Assembly (NCBI GenBank): GCA_041937175.2
Contig: CP166615.1
Span: 2,592,001-2,656,000, forward strand
Direction of reading: 5' to 3'
DNA from: Limnothrix sp. BL-A-16
GTDB taxonomy: Bacteria > Cyanobacteriota > Cyanobacteriia > CACIAM-69d
Length of the DNA: 64,000 nt
Of the stretch, positions 53,835 to 64,000 are shown piece after piece. Position 1 is the first letter of the stretch. The number at the start of each line of letters is the position of its first letter. A program made the translations under genes and the position numbers. The notes under the pieces were generated by a model. That model saw nothing but the letters and a program-made list of their open reading frames with translations. It searched no databases and was not told the origin of the DNA.

Positions 53835-53880
53835 CGGAATTCAGCGACGGAATTGAGCGACGGAGTTGAGCGATGGAACT
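53835..53880. repeat. Short tandem repeat, 13-mer x ~3.5
   Basis: CGGAATTCAGCGA CGGAATTGAGCGA CGGAGTTGAGCGA TGGAACT. Confidence 0.7.
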
Positions 53881-54079
53881 AGGCAAATTCAGTTGTCAGG
53901 ATTTAGGATCATTCCCCTAGAAACTTCGACTGATCAGATCTGACTGATCACAGTAGGCAAATTTGCCTAAATTGGTTTGGAAATCGCTGGCAATCAATTG
54001 AAGTCGTGATCAGTCACTATTGACAGACGCAAATTGAAATTGCGGAAATGTCCTGAGAGGAAATGTCCTAAAAAACCAA

Positions 54080-54499
54080 TTAATTGGGACGGTAGGGATC
54101 GATCGAGGGATAGGGACCAAACTGCACCTGCCGCAATCCGCAGAGATCATAGGGCTGCTCTTCCAAGACCGTCTCGGAACCATCGGAATAAATGGCTTTG
54201 ATTTTGTAGTTACACCCGGACTGATAAAGGTTGTCGTAATTAAATTCCAAGTCGATCGCTTCGCCGGATTTTAAAATGCGATCGCCTAAGAGTTCTTGCC
54301 AATCCCCTGAATAGCGAGGTGCAATATAGAGGGCGTATAAACTACGAGCATTATTGTTGCGAAACCGAATACGCGCAATGCGGTTTTCTGGGCGAGTATT
54401 GTCCCATTGGGCGAAGGTTCCTTCGATCGCTGTGCCGAGGACTGTAACCCCGATCAGACCCATGGCAATCAGTTGGCTGCTCCACCGCTTGAAATTCAT
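54080..54499 (-). CDS. Small exported protein with two Cys
   Basis: Signal peptide; GCNYKIKAIYSDG...YDLCG. Confidence 0.7.
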   Translation of the reverse strand: MNFKRWSSQLIAMGLIGVTVLGTAIEGTFAQWDNTRPENRIARIRFRNNNARSLYALYIAPRYSGDWQELLGDRILKSGEAIDLEFNYDNLYQSGCNYKIKAIYSDGSETVLEEQPYDLCGLRQVQFGPYPSIDPYRPN

Positions 54500-54635
54500 A
54501 ACTCAGGCTCTCTGCGTGAGGTTGCAATTCAGAAAAAGATTGCGTCCAGTGTACGCGCGATTGTTCAGTCCCTGCTAGGGGATGGCAAAAATTATTGAGA
54601 GAATGCTGAGCAATTTCTGAGTCATTTCTGCGAAA

Positions 54636-55415
54636 TCACTCAGAATCCCATTGATCTTGTCGATTGTGGATCATTTTTAGCTCGTTCCGAACCCGATCGC
54701 CCAGTTTTAATGCTTCATCAAGTACCTGACCATATTCAAGGGCTTGATCCGTCACCAGTTGCATATGCTGACCCAGGGTGGCCCCTTCAAAGGCATCCAC
54801 TTGCGCCATCACCACATCTTGGTTTTCACGTAACACCCGTTCCACTTTCAAGGCATTTTCCAGCTCCGATCGCAATTGGCTCAAGGTGGCGATCGTTTGG
54901 GCTTGTTCCTCAGGGCTGATGACTTTTCCGGAGGCTTGGGCCAGTTGAGCCTTCACGTCCGTTGCCCGCACCAGCCGATTAAATTTTTCCACCTCTTGGG
55001 TCAAGGGCAGGAGTGATCGCAAGGTATCTTGTTTTTTCTCTTCATCCCGCGAAAACCAAATAGACATGGGAATACCCGTAAGCAGACAAATGCTCGCCGA
55101 CCAGCGCACAATGCTAATGATGCTAATTCCGGCAAGCAAGCCCAACAGACGAACTAAGTAAAACCCACCAATGGCAATTGGGATCACAAAAATTCCAAGC
55201 AAAATTGCCCAAATAATCGAAAACCAAAATCCATTCCAAGCATATTTTAAGCAACGCTTGCCGATCGCTTGCCATTTAGGTAGTTTACGATTTTGATGCA
55301 AGGCTTTAGACAGATCTTGAGCATCTTTAAAGGGAATGCCCGTTAGGGTTTGGAAGTCCGTAGGCGACAGGAGCAAAGTTTGCCAATTGGTTGTTTTTTC
55401 AGTCATATTTTTCAC
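54636..55415 (-). CDS. Hypothetical membrane protein with C-terminal coiled coil
   Basis: 2-3 TM segments, then EVEKFNRLVRA...LKVERVLREN. Confidence 0.7.
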   Translation of the reverse strand: MKNMTEKTTNWQTLLLSPTDFQTLTGIPFKDAQDLSKALHQNRKLPKWQAIGKRCLKYAWNGFWFSIIWAILLGIFVIPIAIGGFYLVRLLGLLAGISIISIVRWSASICLLTGIPMSIWFSRDEEKKQDTLRSLLPLTQEVEKFNRLVRATDVKAQLAQASGKVISPEEQAQTIATLSQLRSELENALKVERVLRENQDVVMAQVDAFEGATLGQHMQLVTDQALEYGQVLDEALKLGDRVRNELKMIHNRQDQWDSE

Positions 55416-55992
55416 TCATATTCAGTTTCCATTAATCGTCAGTTTTGGCTGAGCTTCACCCGATTCAATGGTCGTCAAATTCGATCAGTCATCCCTGATA
55501 GTTTGCGGTTTATTTTCTATCCTAAGCATCTCCCAGCTTTTCGATCGCGCGGTCTGACCGCAACCCACAGCGTCCACTGATTCGACTCAAAGGGCTGACC
55601 ATCGAACCCATGCAACTGGCCCTGGAACGGCTAGACCTGACTCAGTTGGTCTTGGCTAAAAAGGAAGCGATCGCGCCGCTCCCCAGTCATCTGAATCCCC
55701 TTGCATCGCAGCAAAATCACGACAAAATCACAGCACAATCGCGACAAGGTTGCAGGAAACGGGTCACAGCAGCACCGAGAGCACAGGGCGAGCCTGAACG
55801 ATGACCCGATCGGGAATCGCCCGGCACGGCACAATCAAATTTCCGCCAGGGATACTGAAGACGGCAAACCCCCACCCCTTGGGTCGTAAAAGCCGATCGC
55901 GCTCGATCGCTCTCCCTGCCTACAATAGCGCTACGGTCGTGCAGCGGAGGCTGATCCCTCCCGGAGTAATTCCTGCACACCCCGAACACCCC

Positions 55993-58611
55993 ATGCAACC
56001 CACTGATCCCAATAAATTCACCACCAAGGCTTGGGAAGTTATTGCCCAAATGCCAGAAGTTGCCAAACAAAATCGCCAACAACAGCTAGAGTCAGAACAT
56101 TTACTCAAATCATTATTAGAACAAGAGGGATTAGCCACCAGTATTTTTAACAAGGCTGGGGCCCAGCCCAGTCGCTTACAAGAATTAGCGGATCAATTCT
56201 TGCAGAAACAACCCAAAATTTCCGGTGATATTGGCTCAGTTTACTTGGGACAAAGCCTGGATAAGTTGCTTGATCGGGCTGAGGCCTTTCGCAAGGAATT
56301 GGGTGATGAATACCTCTCGATCGAACACCTCGTGTTGGGGTTTGCCAAGGACGATCGATGCGGTCGCAAAATTTTTAATGAAGTGGGGCTGAATGAGGCC
56401 AAACTGCGGGAAGCAATCAAACAAGTGAGAGGCAATCAAACCGTGACCGATCGTGATCCAGAAGGGAAATATGAAGCTCTTGAAAAATATGGCCGAGACC
56501 TCACCCAATATGCCCGCCAAGGGAAGCTCGATCCAGTCATTGGCCGGGATGACGAAATTCGCCGCACGATCCAAATTTTGTCGCGTCGCACCAAAAATAA
56601 TCCTGTTTTAATTGGTGAGCCAGGGGTGGGCAAAACCGCGATCGCCGAAGGATTAGCTCAGCGCATCGTGAAAGGAGATGTGCCAGAATCCTTGCAAAAT
56701 CGCACCCTAATTGCCCTTGACATGGGCGCACTGATTGCTGGGGCCAAATATCGCGGGGAATTTGAAGAACGCCTGAAAGCGGTGCTCAAGGAAGTGACTG
56801 ATTCTGAAGGGAATATCATTCTCTTTATTGATGAAATTCACACCGTGGTAGGCGCAGGGGCAACGCAGGGGGCCATGGATGCCGGTAACCTTCTGAAACC
56901 CATGTTGGCTCGGGGTGAATTGCGCTGTATTGGAGCCACCACCCTCGATGAGTACCGCAAATATATTGAAAAAGATGCGGCATTGGAACGGCGCTTTCAA
57001 CAGGTTTATATTGACCAGCCCTCGGTGGTGGATACGATTTCAATTCTACGCGGGTTGAAGGATCGCTACGAAACCCATCACAACGTCAAGATTTCTGATA
57101 GTGCTTTGGTGGCGGCGGCCACCCTTTCTAATCGCTACATCAGCGATCGATTTTTGCCGGACAAGGCGATCGATCTAGTGGATGAAGCCGCAGCCAAGTT
57201 GAAAATGGAAGTGACCTCTAAGCCAGAGGAACTGGATGAAATCGATCGCAAGATTTTGCAACTGGAAATGGAGCGCTTGTCCTTACAAAAGGAGAGTGAT
57301 TCCGCTTCCAAGGAGCGGCTGGAACGGCTCGATCGGGAATTGGCAGACCTGAAGGAAACCCAAAGCCATTTGAACGCCCAATGGCAACAGGAAAAAGATC
57401 TGTTGGAGCAACGAAAAGCCCTCAAGGAACAGATCGATCGGGTGGAGCTGGAAATTCAGCAAGCGGAGCGAGACTATGACCTCAATCGAGCCGCTGAATT
57501 AAAGTTTGGAACCCTGAATGAACTGCATCAGCAATTGCAGACCATTGAACAGACAATTTCAACTCAGCAATCGAGCGGTCAAATTTTGCTGCGAGAAGAA
57601 GTCAGTGAATCTGACATTGCTGAAATTATTGCCAAGTGGACTGGCATTCCGGTCAGCAAACTGATTGCTTCCGAAATGGAAAAGTTGCTGCATTTGGAAG
57701 ACGAGCTACATCAGCGCGTAATTGGCCAAGATGAGGCCGTCACGGCGGTGGCCGATGCCATCCAGCGATCGCGTGCGGGGTTGGCCGATCCTAACCGCCC
57801 GATCGCCAGCTTTATCTTCTTGGGCCCCACGGGCGTGGGCAAAACTGAACTGGCTAAATCCCTGGCGGCTTATCTATTCGACACCGAAGAAGCGATGGTG
57901 CGAATTGATATGTCGGAATACATGGAAAAACATGCGGTTTCGCGTTTGGTCGGTGCGCCCCCCGGTTATGTGGGCTATGAGGAAGGCGGACAACTCACGG
58001 AAGCCATTCGTCGTCGTCCTTATTCAGTAATTCTGTTTGATGAAATCGAAAAAGCGCACCCGGATGTGTTCAACATCATGCTGCAAATTTTGGATGATGG
58101 TCGAGTGACCGATTCCCAAGGGCGCACCGTTGATTTCAAAAACAGCATCATCATTCTGACCAGTAACGTTGGCTCCCAATACATTTTGGAATTGGCGGCC
58201 GATAACAGTCGCTATGAAGAAATGCGGACGCGGGTGATGGCGGCCATGCGCGAACAATTCCGCCCAGAATTCTTAAACCGCATTGATGACATCATCATTT
58301 TCCACGGTCTCGAAAAGTCGGAATTGCGCCAAATTATCCAAATTCAAGCCCAGCGATTGGAAGCCCGTTTAGCAGAAAAGAAAATGGCCCTGAAACTGTC
58401 AGAAGCGGCGATCGACTTCTTGGCAGAAGTTGGCTACGATCCCACCTACGGCGCACGCCCCTTGAAACGAGCCGTGCAACGGGAATTGGAAACCCAAATT
58501 GCTAAGTGCATTCTGCGGGGTGAGTTCACCGAGGGTGACACGATTTGGGTTGATATTGAAAACGAGCGACTGGCTTTCAAGCGGCTGACGGCGGATTTGG
58601 TGGCACTCTAG
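55993..58611 (+). CDS. clpB: ATP-dependent chaperone ClpB
   Basis: [14 protein letters not shown]; two AAA+ modules ([17 protein letters not shown]); M-domain coiled coil; GARPLKR. Confidence 0.96.
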   Translation: MQPTDPNKFTTKAWEVIAQMPEVAKQNRQQQLESEHLLKSLLEQEGLATSIFNKAGAQPSRLQELADQFLQKQPKISGDIGSVYLGQSLDKLLDRAEAFRKELGDEYLSIEHLVLGFAKDDRCGRKIFNEVGLNEAKLREAIKQVRGNQTVTDRDPEGKYEALEKYGRDLTQYARQGKLDPVIGRDDEIRRTIQILSRRTKNNPVLIGEPGVGKTAIAEGLAQRIVKGDVPESLQNRTLIALDMGALIAGAKYRGEFEERLKAVLKEVTDSEGNIILFIDEIHTVVGAGATQGAMDAGNLLKPMLARGELRCIGATTLDEYRKYIEKDAALERRFQQVYIDQPSVVDTISILRGLKDRYETHHNVKISDSALVAAATLSNRYISDRFLPDKAIDLVDEAAAKLKMEVTSKPEELDEIDRKILQLEMERLSLQKESDSASKERLERLDRELADLKETQSHLNAQWQQEKDLLEQRKALKEQIDRVELEIQQAERDYDLNRAAELKFGTLNELHQQLQTIEQTISTQQSSGQILLREEVSESDIAEIIAKWTGIPVSKLIASEMEKLLHLEDELHQRVIGQDEAVTAVADAIQRSRAGLADPNRPIASFIFLGPTGVGKTELAKSLAAYLFDTEEAMVRIDMSEYMEKHAVSRLVGAPPGYVGYEEGGQLTEAIRRRPYSVILFDEIEKAHPDVFNIMLQILDDGRVTDSQGRTVDFKNSIIILTSNVGSQYILELAADNSRYEEMRTRVMAAMREQFRPEFLNRIDDIIIFHGLEKSELRQIIQIQAQRLEARLAEKKMALKLSEAAIDFLAEVGYDPTYGARPLKRAVQRELETQIAKCILRGEFTEGDTIWVDIENERLAFKRLTADLVAL

Positions 58612-58872
58612 GCTAGGCAACGGCGATCGCCCATGGCTCTCGATCGTGCTGAGTTGACCAAAATCGCCTAAAGTTCAAGGCCAATGGGAAATTTCCGAGT
58701 CGCATGGGTCGATCGCTCCTAGGTTGCAATTGGTGCGATCGACCCCCATCCTTTGCGGATCTCAACAACCGATCCTGGAAGGAACAGTTCAACAAGGGGC
58801 ATTGACTCAAAAAGGGGCATCGATGGTGCAATTACAGATGAGTTCAGGTTTCTATGGGATGCGCCCATTGTC

Positions 58873-59442
58873 ATGGTTGAACTCCTAGCGGTGCTGGCAG
58901 CTTCGGCGGCGGGAGGGATGCGCATTGCCCTGCCGCTGTTGTTAATTGGCCTCTTGCAGGGCGATCGCCTCTGGTCACGGGTGCCGCTGCTGTCGCAACT
59001 GTCGCCGCAATGGGTGCTGGGGGTGCTGGTTAGTTGGTCGTTGTTTGAGCTGTTTGCTTCCAAAAAACTTCTGGGGCAACGAATTTTGCAGTTGGTGCAA
59101 TTGGTGTTCAGTCCCTTGGCTGGGGCCGTGATGGGAATGGCGATCGCCCAAGCAGCCGATCGTACGGATCAAATCACCGTGCTGTTGGGAATTGTGGGAG
59201 GACTGCTAGCCCTAGTCTTGCAACTGGTGCAGGTGGGCTGGTTTTTTCGATTAGGAGGGCTGCCCCTTTGGGCAATTTTCACCCAAGATGCCCTCTGCAT
59301 TTTTTTGGTGCTATTTGCCTTTGATGCACCCACCCAAGGGGGAACAATCGCCCTGATGCTTCTGTGGCTAGCGATTCGCAGTTCCAAGGCCTGGTATTTC
59401 CATTACCAAGAACAACCGAATTCGTCGTTTCCCAGAACTTAG
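58873..59442 (+). CDS. DUF4126-like membrane protein
   Basis: LAASAAGGMRIALPLL, ELFASKKLLGQR; multi-TM. Confidence 0.7.
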   Translation: MVELLAVLAASAAGGMRIALPLLLIGLLQGDRLWSRVPLLSQLSPQWVLGVLVSWSLFELFASKKLLGQRILQLVQLVFSPLAGAVMGMAIAQAADRTDQITVLLGIVGGLLALVLQLVQVGWFFRLGGLPLWAIFTQDALCIFLVLFAFDAPTQGGTIALMLLWLAIRSSKAWYFHYQEQPNSSFPRT

Positions 59443-59465
59443 GAATGAAAACGATCGATCAACTG

Positions 59466-60062
59466 CTAATCAACTGCTAACCAATCAAAGAGCTGACCCA
59501 GCGTGAGTTGAAATTCAGTCGCAAACTCGGGCACAGGTAAGCGATCATTTGCATCCCGAAAAACTGAAACTCGACAATCATGATTAATGGTGAAAACCAT
59601 ATTTCGGGCAGGATCAATCAGCCAGCCCATTTGAGTTCCATGCTGGGCACAATGCAGTAGCTTATCAATAATGCCCAGGCTTTCTTGCTTGGGTGACAAA
59701 ATTTCGATCGCCCAGTCTGGCGCTTCGGTAATTGGGTGAGAAACTAATCGATTGTTAGTGTCGCGCGGGATTCGATCCCAGGTTAAAACCACCAAGTCTG
59801 GCACAATTGCTCGATCGCCAAAGGTACATCGTAACTCAGAAAAGGCACGGGCAACTTTGCGAGCTTTCAAGGCTGCATTGATGGCTGCACCCAAGTCCAT
59901 TTGCAGTGCACTATGCTCAATTTGCGGCATTGGTTTTTGAATGATTTTGCCGTTAATGAATTCACTGGCCGGCTGGGTATCGGGCAGGGCCAAAAACTGG
60001 TTCAGGTCGATCGCCTCTGGGGCTAATTCCACAGCGGCCGGGACGCTTAGGCTAACGGTCAT
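59466..60062 (-). CDS. Uma2 (DUF820) family endonuclease-like protein, copy A
   Basis: PASEFINGKIIQKPMP, ELRCTFG..AIVPD, PDWAIEILSP, GWLIDP. Confidence 0.9.
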   Translation of the reverse strand: MTVSLSVPAAVELAPEAIDLNQFLALPDTQPASEFINGKIIQKPMPQIEHSALQMDLGAAINAALKARKVARAFSELRCTFGDRAIVPDLVVLTWDRIPRDTNNRLVSHPITEAPDWAIEILSPKQESLGIIDKLLHCAQHGTQMGWLIDPARNMVFTINHDCRVSVFRDANDRLPVPEFATEFQLTLGQLFDWLAVD

Positions 60063-60155
60063 TTACCCATCCTCCAAAACCAATTCAGTGGACTGTCAAT
60101 TCTTGGGAAGAGAACTTTTAATTTATTAGAAAAATTAGTCAAGCAATCTCAGATA

Positions 60156-60752
60156 TTAGTCAATTGCTAACCAATCAAATAATTGACCTAGCGTCAGTTG
60201 AAAATCAACTGCAAACTCAGGAACAGGAAGAACATGGCTCATATCCTGAGCGACTGAGATCTGGCAATCACCGTTAATTAGTAAAATACCATTTTGAGCG
60301 GGGTCAATCAGCCAGCCCATTTGAGTTCCATGCTGGGCACAATGCAGTAGCTTATCAATAATACCCAAGCTCTCTTGCTTGGGTGACAAAATCTCGATCG
60401 CCCAGTCTGGCGGGATTAAAAATTGATTGGCAACCCGACCCGTTTTTGGGTTTCGGGGAATTCGTTCCCACTGGAAAACTGATAAGTCCGGAACAATTGC
60501 TCGATCGCCAAAGGTACAGCGCAATTCTGTATAAGCCCGGGCAATTTTTCGCTGTTTGAGCACGGCGTTAATCGCTGCTACTAAGTCTGCTTGTAGGGTG
60601 CTGTGTTCTCCTTGGGGCATTGGTTTTTGAATGATTTTGCCGTTAATGAATTCACTGGCCGGCTGGGTATCGGGCAGGGCCAAAAACTGGTTCAGGTCGA
60701 TCGCCTCTGGGGCTGACTCAGTAGCAGCCGGAGCGCTTAGGCTAGCGGTCAT
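60156..60752 (-). CDS. Uma2 (DUF820) family endonuclease-like protein, copy B
   Basis: Same motifs; tandem paralog offset 690 bp; GGAGG RBS. Confidence 0.9.
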   Translation of the reverse strand: MTASLSAPAATESAPEAIDLNQFLALPDTQPASEFINGKIIQKPMPQGEHSTLQADLVAAINAVLKQRKIARAYTELRCTFGDRAIVPDLSVFQWERIPRNPKTGRVANQFLIPPDWAIEILSPKQESLGIIDKLLHCAQHGTQMGWLIDPAQNGILLINGDCQISVAQDMSHVLPVPEFAVDFQLTLGQLFDWLAID

Positions 60753-60820
60753 TTCCCCATCCTCCAAAAACAATGCAGTGGGCTATCCCTTCCCAGGATA
60801 GCGACTGGTTTTGACCAAAT

Positions 60821-61243
60821 TCAAATCCGTTGTTCATCTAGCCAGCGTTGCAAAATTGCCGCCGCCGCATAGCGATCGATGCTGCCCTTGTCCCGCGAAG
60901 GCTGGAGGCCGCGCGATCGCAACAGTTCCTCCGCTTCCACCGAACTCAGTCGCTCATCCACCAACACAAACGGCAGCCCGATCGCTGTGGCATAACGCTT
61001 GGCCCACTTGCGAGCATGGCGGGTTTGGGCACTGTCTTCGCCGTCCATCGTCAGGGGTAACCCGGCCACCAGTACCGTGGCCTGGCGCTCCTGGGCGATC
61101 GCTTGCAGGGCCACCACATCCTGCTCAAAAGATTGCCGCTCGATCGTGGCGATCGGGCTGGCGATTAACCCCAGGCGATCGCACCCCGCCACCCCAATTC
61201 GTTTGCGCCCAATATCCAGGGCGATCGCGGCCACTTCTGCCAT
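60821..61243 (-). CDS. ruvX: RuvX/YqgF pre-16S rRNA nuclease
   Basis: ALDIGRKRIGVA, VAGLP, VDERLSS, IDRYAAAAIL. Confidence 0.92.
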   Translation of the reverse strand: MAEVAAIALDIGRKRIGVAGCDRLGLIASPIATIERQSFEQDVVALQAIAQERQATVLVAGLPLTMDGEDSAQTRHARKWAKRYATAIGLPFVLVDERLSSVEAEELLRSRGLQPSRDKGSIDRYAAAAILQRWLDEQRI

Positions 61244-61352
61244 GGTTGTTCTCGGTCGCCTATGCCTTTCAATTGCCCCGAAATATCAAAACCGATCCAA
61301 AAACTGATCTAAAAACTAATCTCAAGCACTAGCTGATTGATTAGCACTTGTC

Positions 61353-61994
61353 CTAAAAATCATCGAAGTCATCATCTTCTGTTTCTGGCTCGATCGGCGT
61401 GTTCACAATCTCTTGCCACAGGTCGATCGCCGCCTGACTGGCATTCACCTGCTGGAGCCGATCAAGCACTAAACCAGATGAGGTTTTTAGCTCAGGAAAT
61501 TGTAATAACAACATGGCCAAATCACGCCAATCCGTACCCGCTTTAGGCTTGCCGCGTCGTTGTTGATAGGTAATGACTTTGCTAGCAATTAACGCCACCG
61601 GAGCCATCACTAATATGCCTTCAATGGTCTGACTGGGCGGTAATTGATCTACTTGGCGAATATCGAGTAAATGTCGGTTGCCCGATCGCTGAATTTGATA
61701 AACCCGATAGCCCAGGGAATCTTTAACCGATCGCACCCGCACCGCAATATAAAACGTTTCGCTTAAATAAACCTGAATCGCTGCAGCCAGTGACTCAGCT
61801 TCCAGTGCCAGGAGATCAATATCCTGAGTCATGCGCGGTTCACCCACATAGGCATTCACCGCCTGGGCACCGAAAATCACAACATCGGTGCGATCGCGCA
61901 AGAATTCAAAAACCGCATTGTGCAATGTAGCGAGGGGCAATGCTTCGCGATTCATAAATTCTTGAAAACTGAGAGCGTCAGCACTGAGCACCAT
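61353..61994 (-). CDS. Nucleotidyltransferase, AbiEii/AbiGii-like superfamily
   Basis: VIFGAQAVNAY..EPRMTQDIDLL; LIASKV...KAGTDWRDL; start uncertain. Confidence 0.7.
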   Translation of the reverse strand: MVLSADALSFQEFMNREALPLATLHNAVFEFLRDRTDVVIFGAQAVNAYVGEPRMTQDIDLLALEAESLAAAIQVYLSETFYIAVRVRSVKDSLGYRVYQIQRSGNRHLLDIRQVDQLPPSQTIEGILVMAPVALIASKVITYQQRRGKPKAGTDWRDLAMLLLQFPELKTSSGLVLDRLQQVNASQAAIDLWQEIVNTPIEPETEDDDFDDF

Positions 61995-62151
61995 AGGAAT
62001 AATTGGGGCAACTTGTGCAATTAATGACGGGAGTAACCTGTACTTCCATCTAAGCACAAGTTCTATAGTGCTTGGTTCAATGGCTCTCAAACAAATCGGG
62101 GCAGGCCCAGCCCACCCCGATTCACCTAATTATTATTTTGGCAGTCATCTC

Positions 62152-62176
62152 GTAGGGGCGTAACGCCTTACGCCCT
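62152..62176. repeat. GTAG-type REP-like palindrome
   Basis: GTAGGGGCGTAA-CGCC-TTACGCCCT. Confidence 0.5.
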
Positions 62177-62204
62177 CCGCCAGCTTCTCGGTTTCGCCCG
62201 TGTT

Positions 62205-62828
62205 TTACCCGTTGCCCTTGTTGCGCAAATCCAGGTTTTTCTTAACCAGCCAAGCTGCAAAGGCCAACACCAAAATTCCCAAGACAATCTTAGAAACTGG
62301 GGCAAGATATTCATCCACCAGCTCATAGTTAGCCCCGAGTTTATAGCCCAGGGTGGTGAGGGCCGTTGTCCAAATAATTGTCCCGATCGTTGTATAGATC
62401 GTGAAAGGGACGATCGGCATTCCCTCAATGCCCGCCGGGAGCGAAATTAAAGTCCGAATGCCCGGAACCATCCGGCCCAAGAGCACCGCCTTAGCACCAT
62501 GCTTTTGGAACCAGTTTTTGGATTTACCGACATCTTCACCGGAAATGCCGATCCATTTGAAGTATTTGTCAGCCCAACGCTCTAGGCGCTCTTCGTTGAC
62601 CAGTTTGCCAATGTAGTACCAGGGATAGGCTCCCAAAACCGTACCGATTACACCCGCTGCGATCGCTGGGATTAGCTCCAAATTATTATTTGGTTGAGAA
62701 GCCGTAAACCCCGCCAAGGGCATAATTAATTCGGAAGGAATCGGCGGAAATAGATTTTCCAAAAACATCAGGAACCCAATGCCGAAATAGCCCAGGGAAC
62801 CAATAATTTCAACAATCCACTCTTTCAT
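62205..62828 (-). CDS. DedA family membrane protein
   Basis: FLENLFPPIPSELIMPLAGF, GRMVPGIRTLISLPAG. Confidence 0.92.
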   Translation of the reverse strand: MKEWIVEIIGSLGYFGIGFLMFLENLFPPIPSELIMPLAGFTASQPNNNLELIPAIAAGVIGTVLGAYPWYYIGKLVNEERLERWADKYFKWIGISGEDVGKSKNWFQKHGAKAVLLGRMVPGIRTLISLPAGIEGMPIVPFTIYTTIGTIIWTTALTTLGYKLGANYELVDEYLAPVSKIVLGILVLAFAAWLVKKNLDLRNKGNG

Positions 62829-62911
62829 AGAAAGCAAGAATAACGCGGTGAACAAAATCGGTGAATTGGGTGCGTGGTGACGATATCAGGCATCTAACCC
62901 CGAGGGCAAGA

Positions 62912-62931
62912 CAAGGGGCTTAAGCCCCTTG
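62912..62931. repeat. REP-like palindrome CAAGGGGCTTAAGCCCCTTG (third copy)
   Basis: Identical to 20681-20700; lies just downstream of ahcY. Confidence 0.7.
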
Positions 62932-62966
62932 CCCCACACTAGGGATTAGGGTTCAGGCGGTGGCGA

Positions 62967-64000
<1,034 letters not shown>

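Noticed and set aside
53835..53880. Short intergenic tandem repeats (also ~7270, ~32050, ~55720, ~61290)
   Set aside because: Low-copy slippage-type repeats common in cyanobacterial intergenic DNA; no spacer structure or evident function.
55801..55992. Apparent N-terminal extensions of ClpB (and of PyrC, NblS, LepB and the epimerase) in the ORF track
   Set aside because: Artefacts of taking the first possible start codon; the conserved N-termini begin at downstream starts.

Overview
Chromosomal segment of a cyanobacterium. Evidence: dense HIP1 (GCGATCGC/CGATCG), petJ, nblS/hik33, ntcB, Uma2 paralogs and the cyanobacterial rplC-to-rpmE ribosomal protein gene order. Most of the window is housekeeping: trmL, recG, pyrC, purD, nblS, lepB, the rplC...rpmE super-operon with secY/adk/infA/rpoA/truA, glyS, clpB, ruvX and ahcY. 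The main accessory region is ~9.0-19.0 kb. It holds a TA-flanked MITE-like element, then a 6.9-kb gene for a ~2,280-aa mosaic protein. Its N-terminal part is a DUF4114-like domain plus an intact subtilase. Its compositionally distinct C-terminal part carries LGFP-like, PPC, FG-GAP and PA14 modules, an M23 peptidase and a GH24 lysozyme, making it a candidate protease-carried, modular cell-wall-lytic effector. Downstream are a RelE-type TA pair and a Uma2 gene, each preceded by the same 25-bp HIP1/promoter repeat, and a PEP-CTERM protein. Other oddities: a Cys4 insertion in the NblS PAS region, a catalytically degenerate signal-peptidase paralog beside lepB, a mosaic tandem Uma2 pair, a structured ~380-nt rplC leader, REP-like palindromes and an orphan nucleotidyltransferase. 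No rRNA, tRNA or CRISPR array was recognised. All domain calls come from motif recognition by eye, not database searches.
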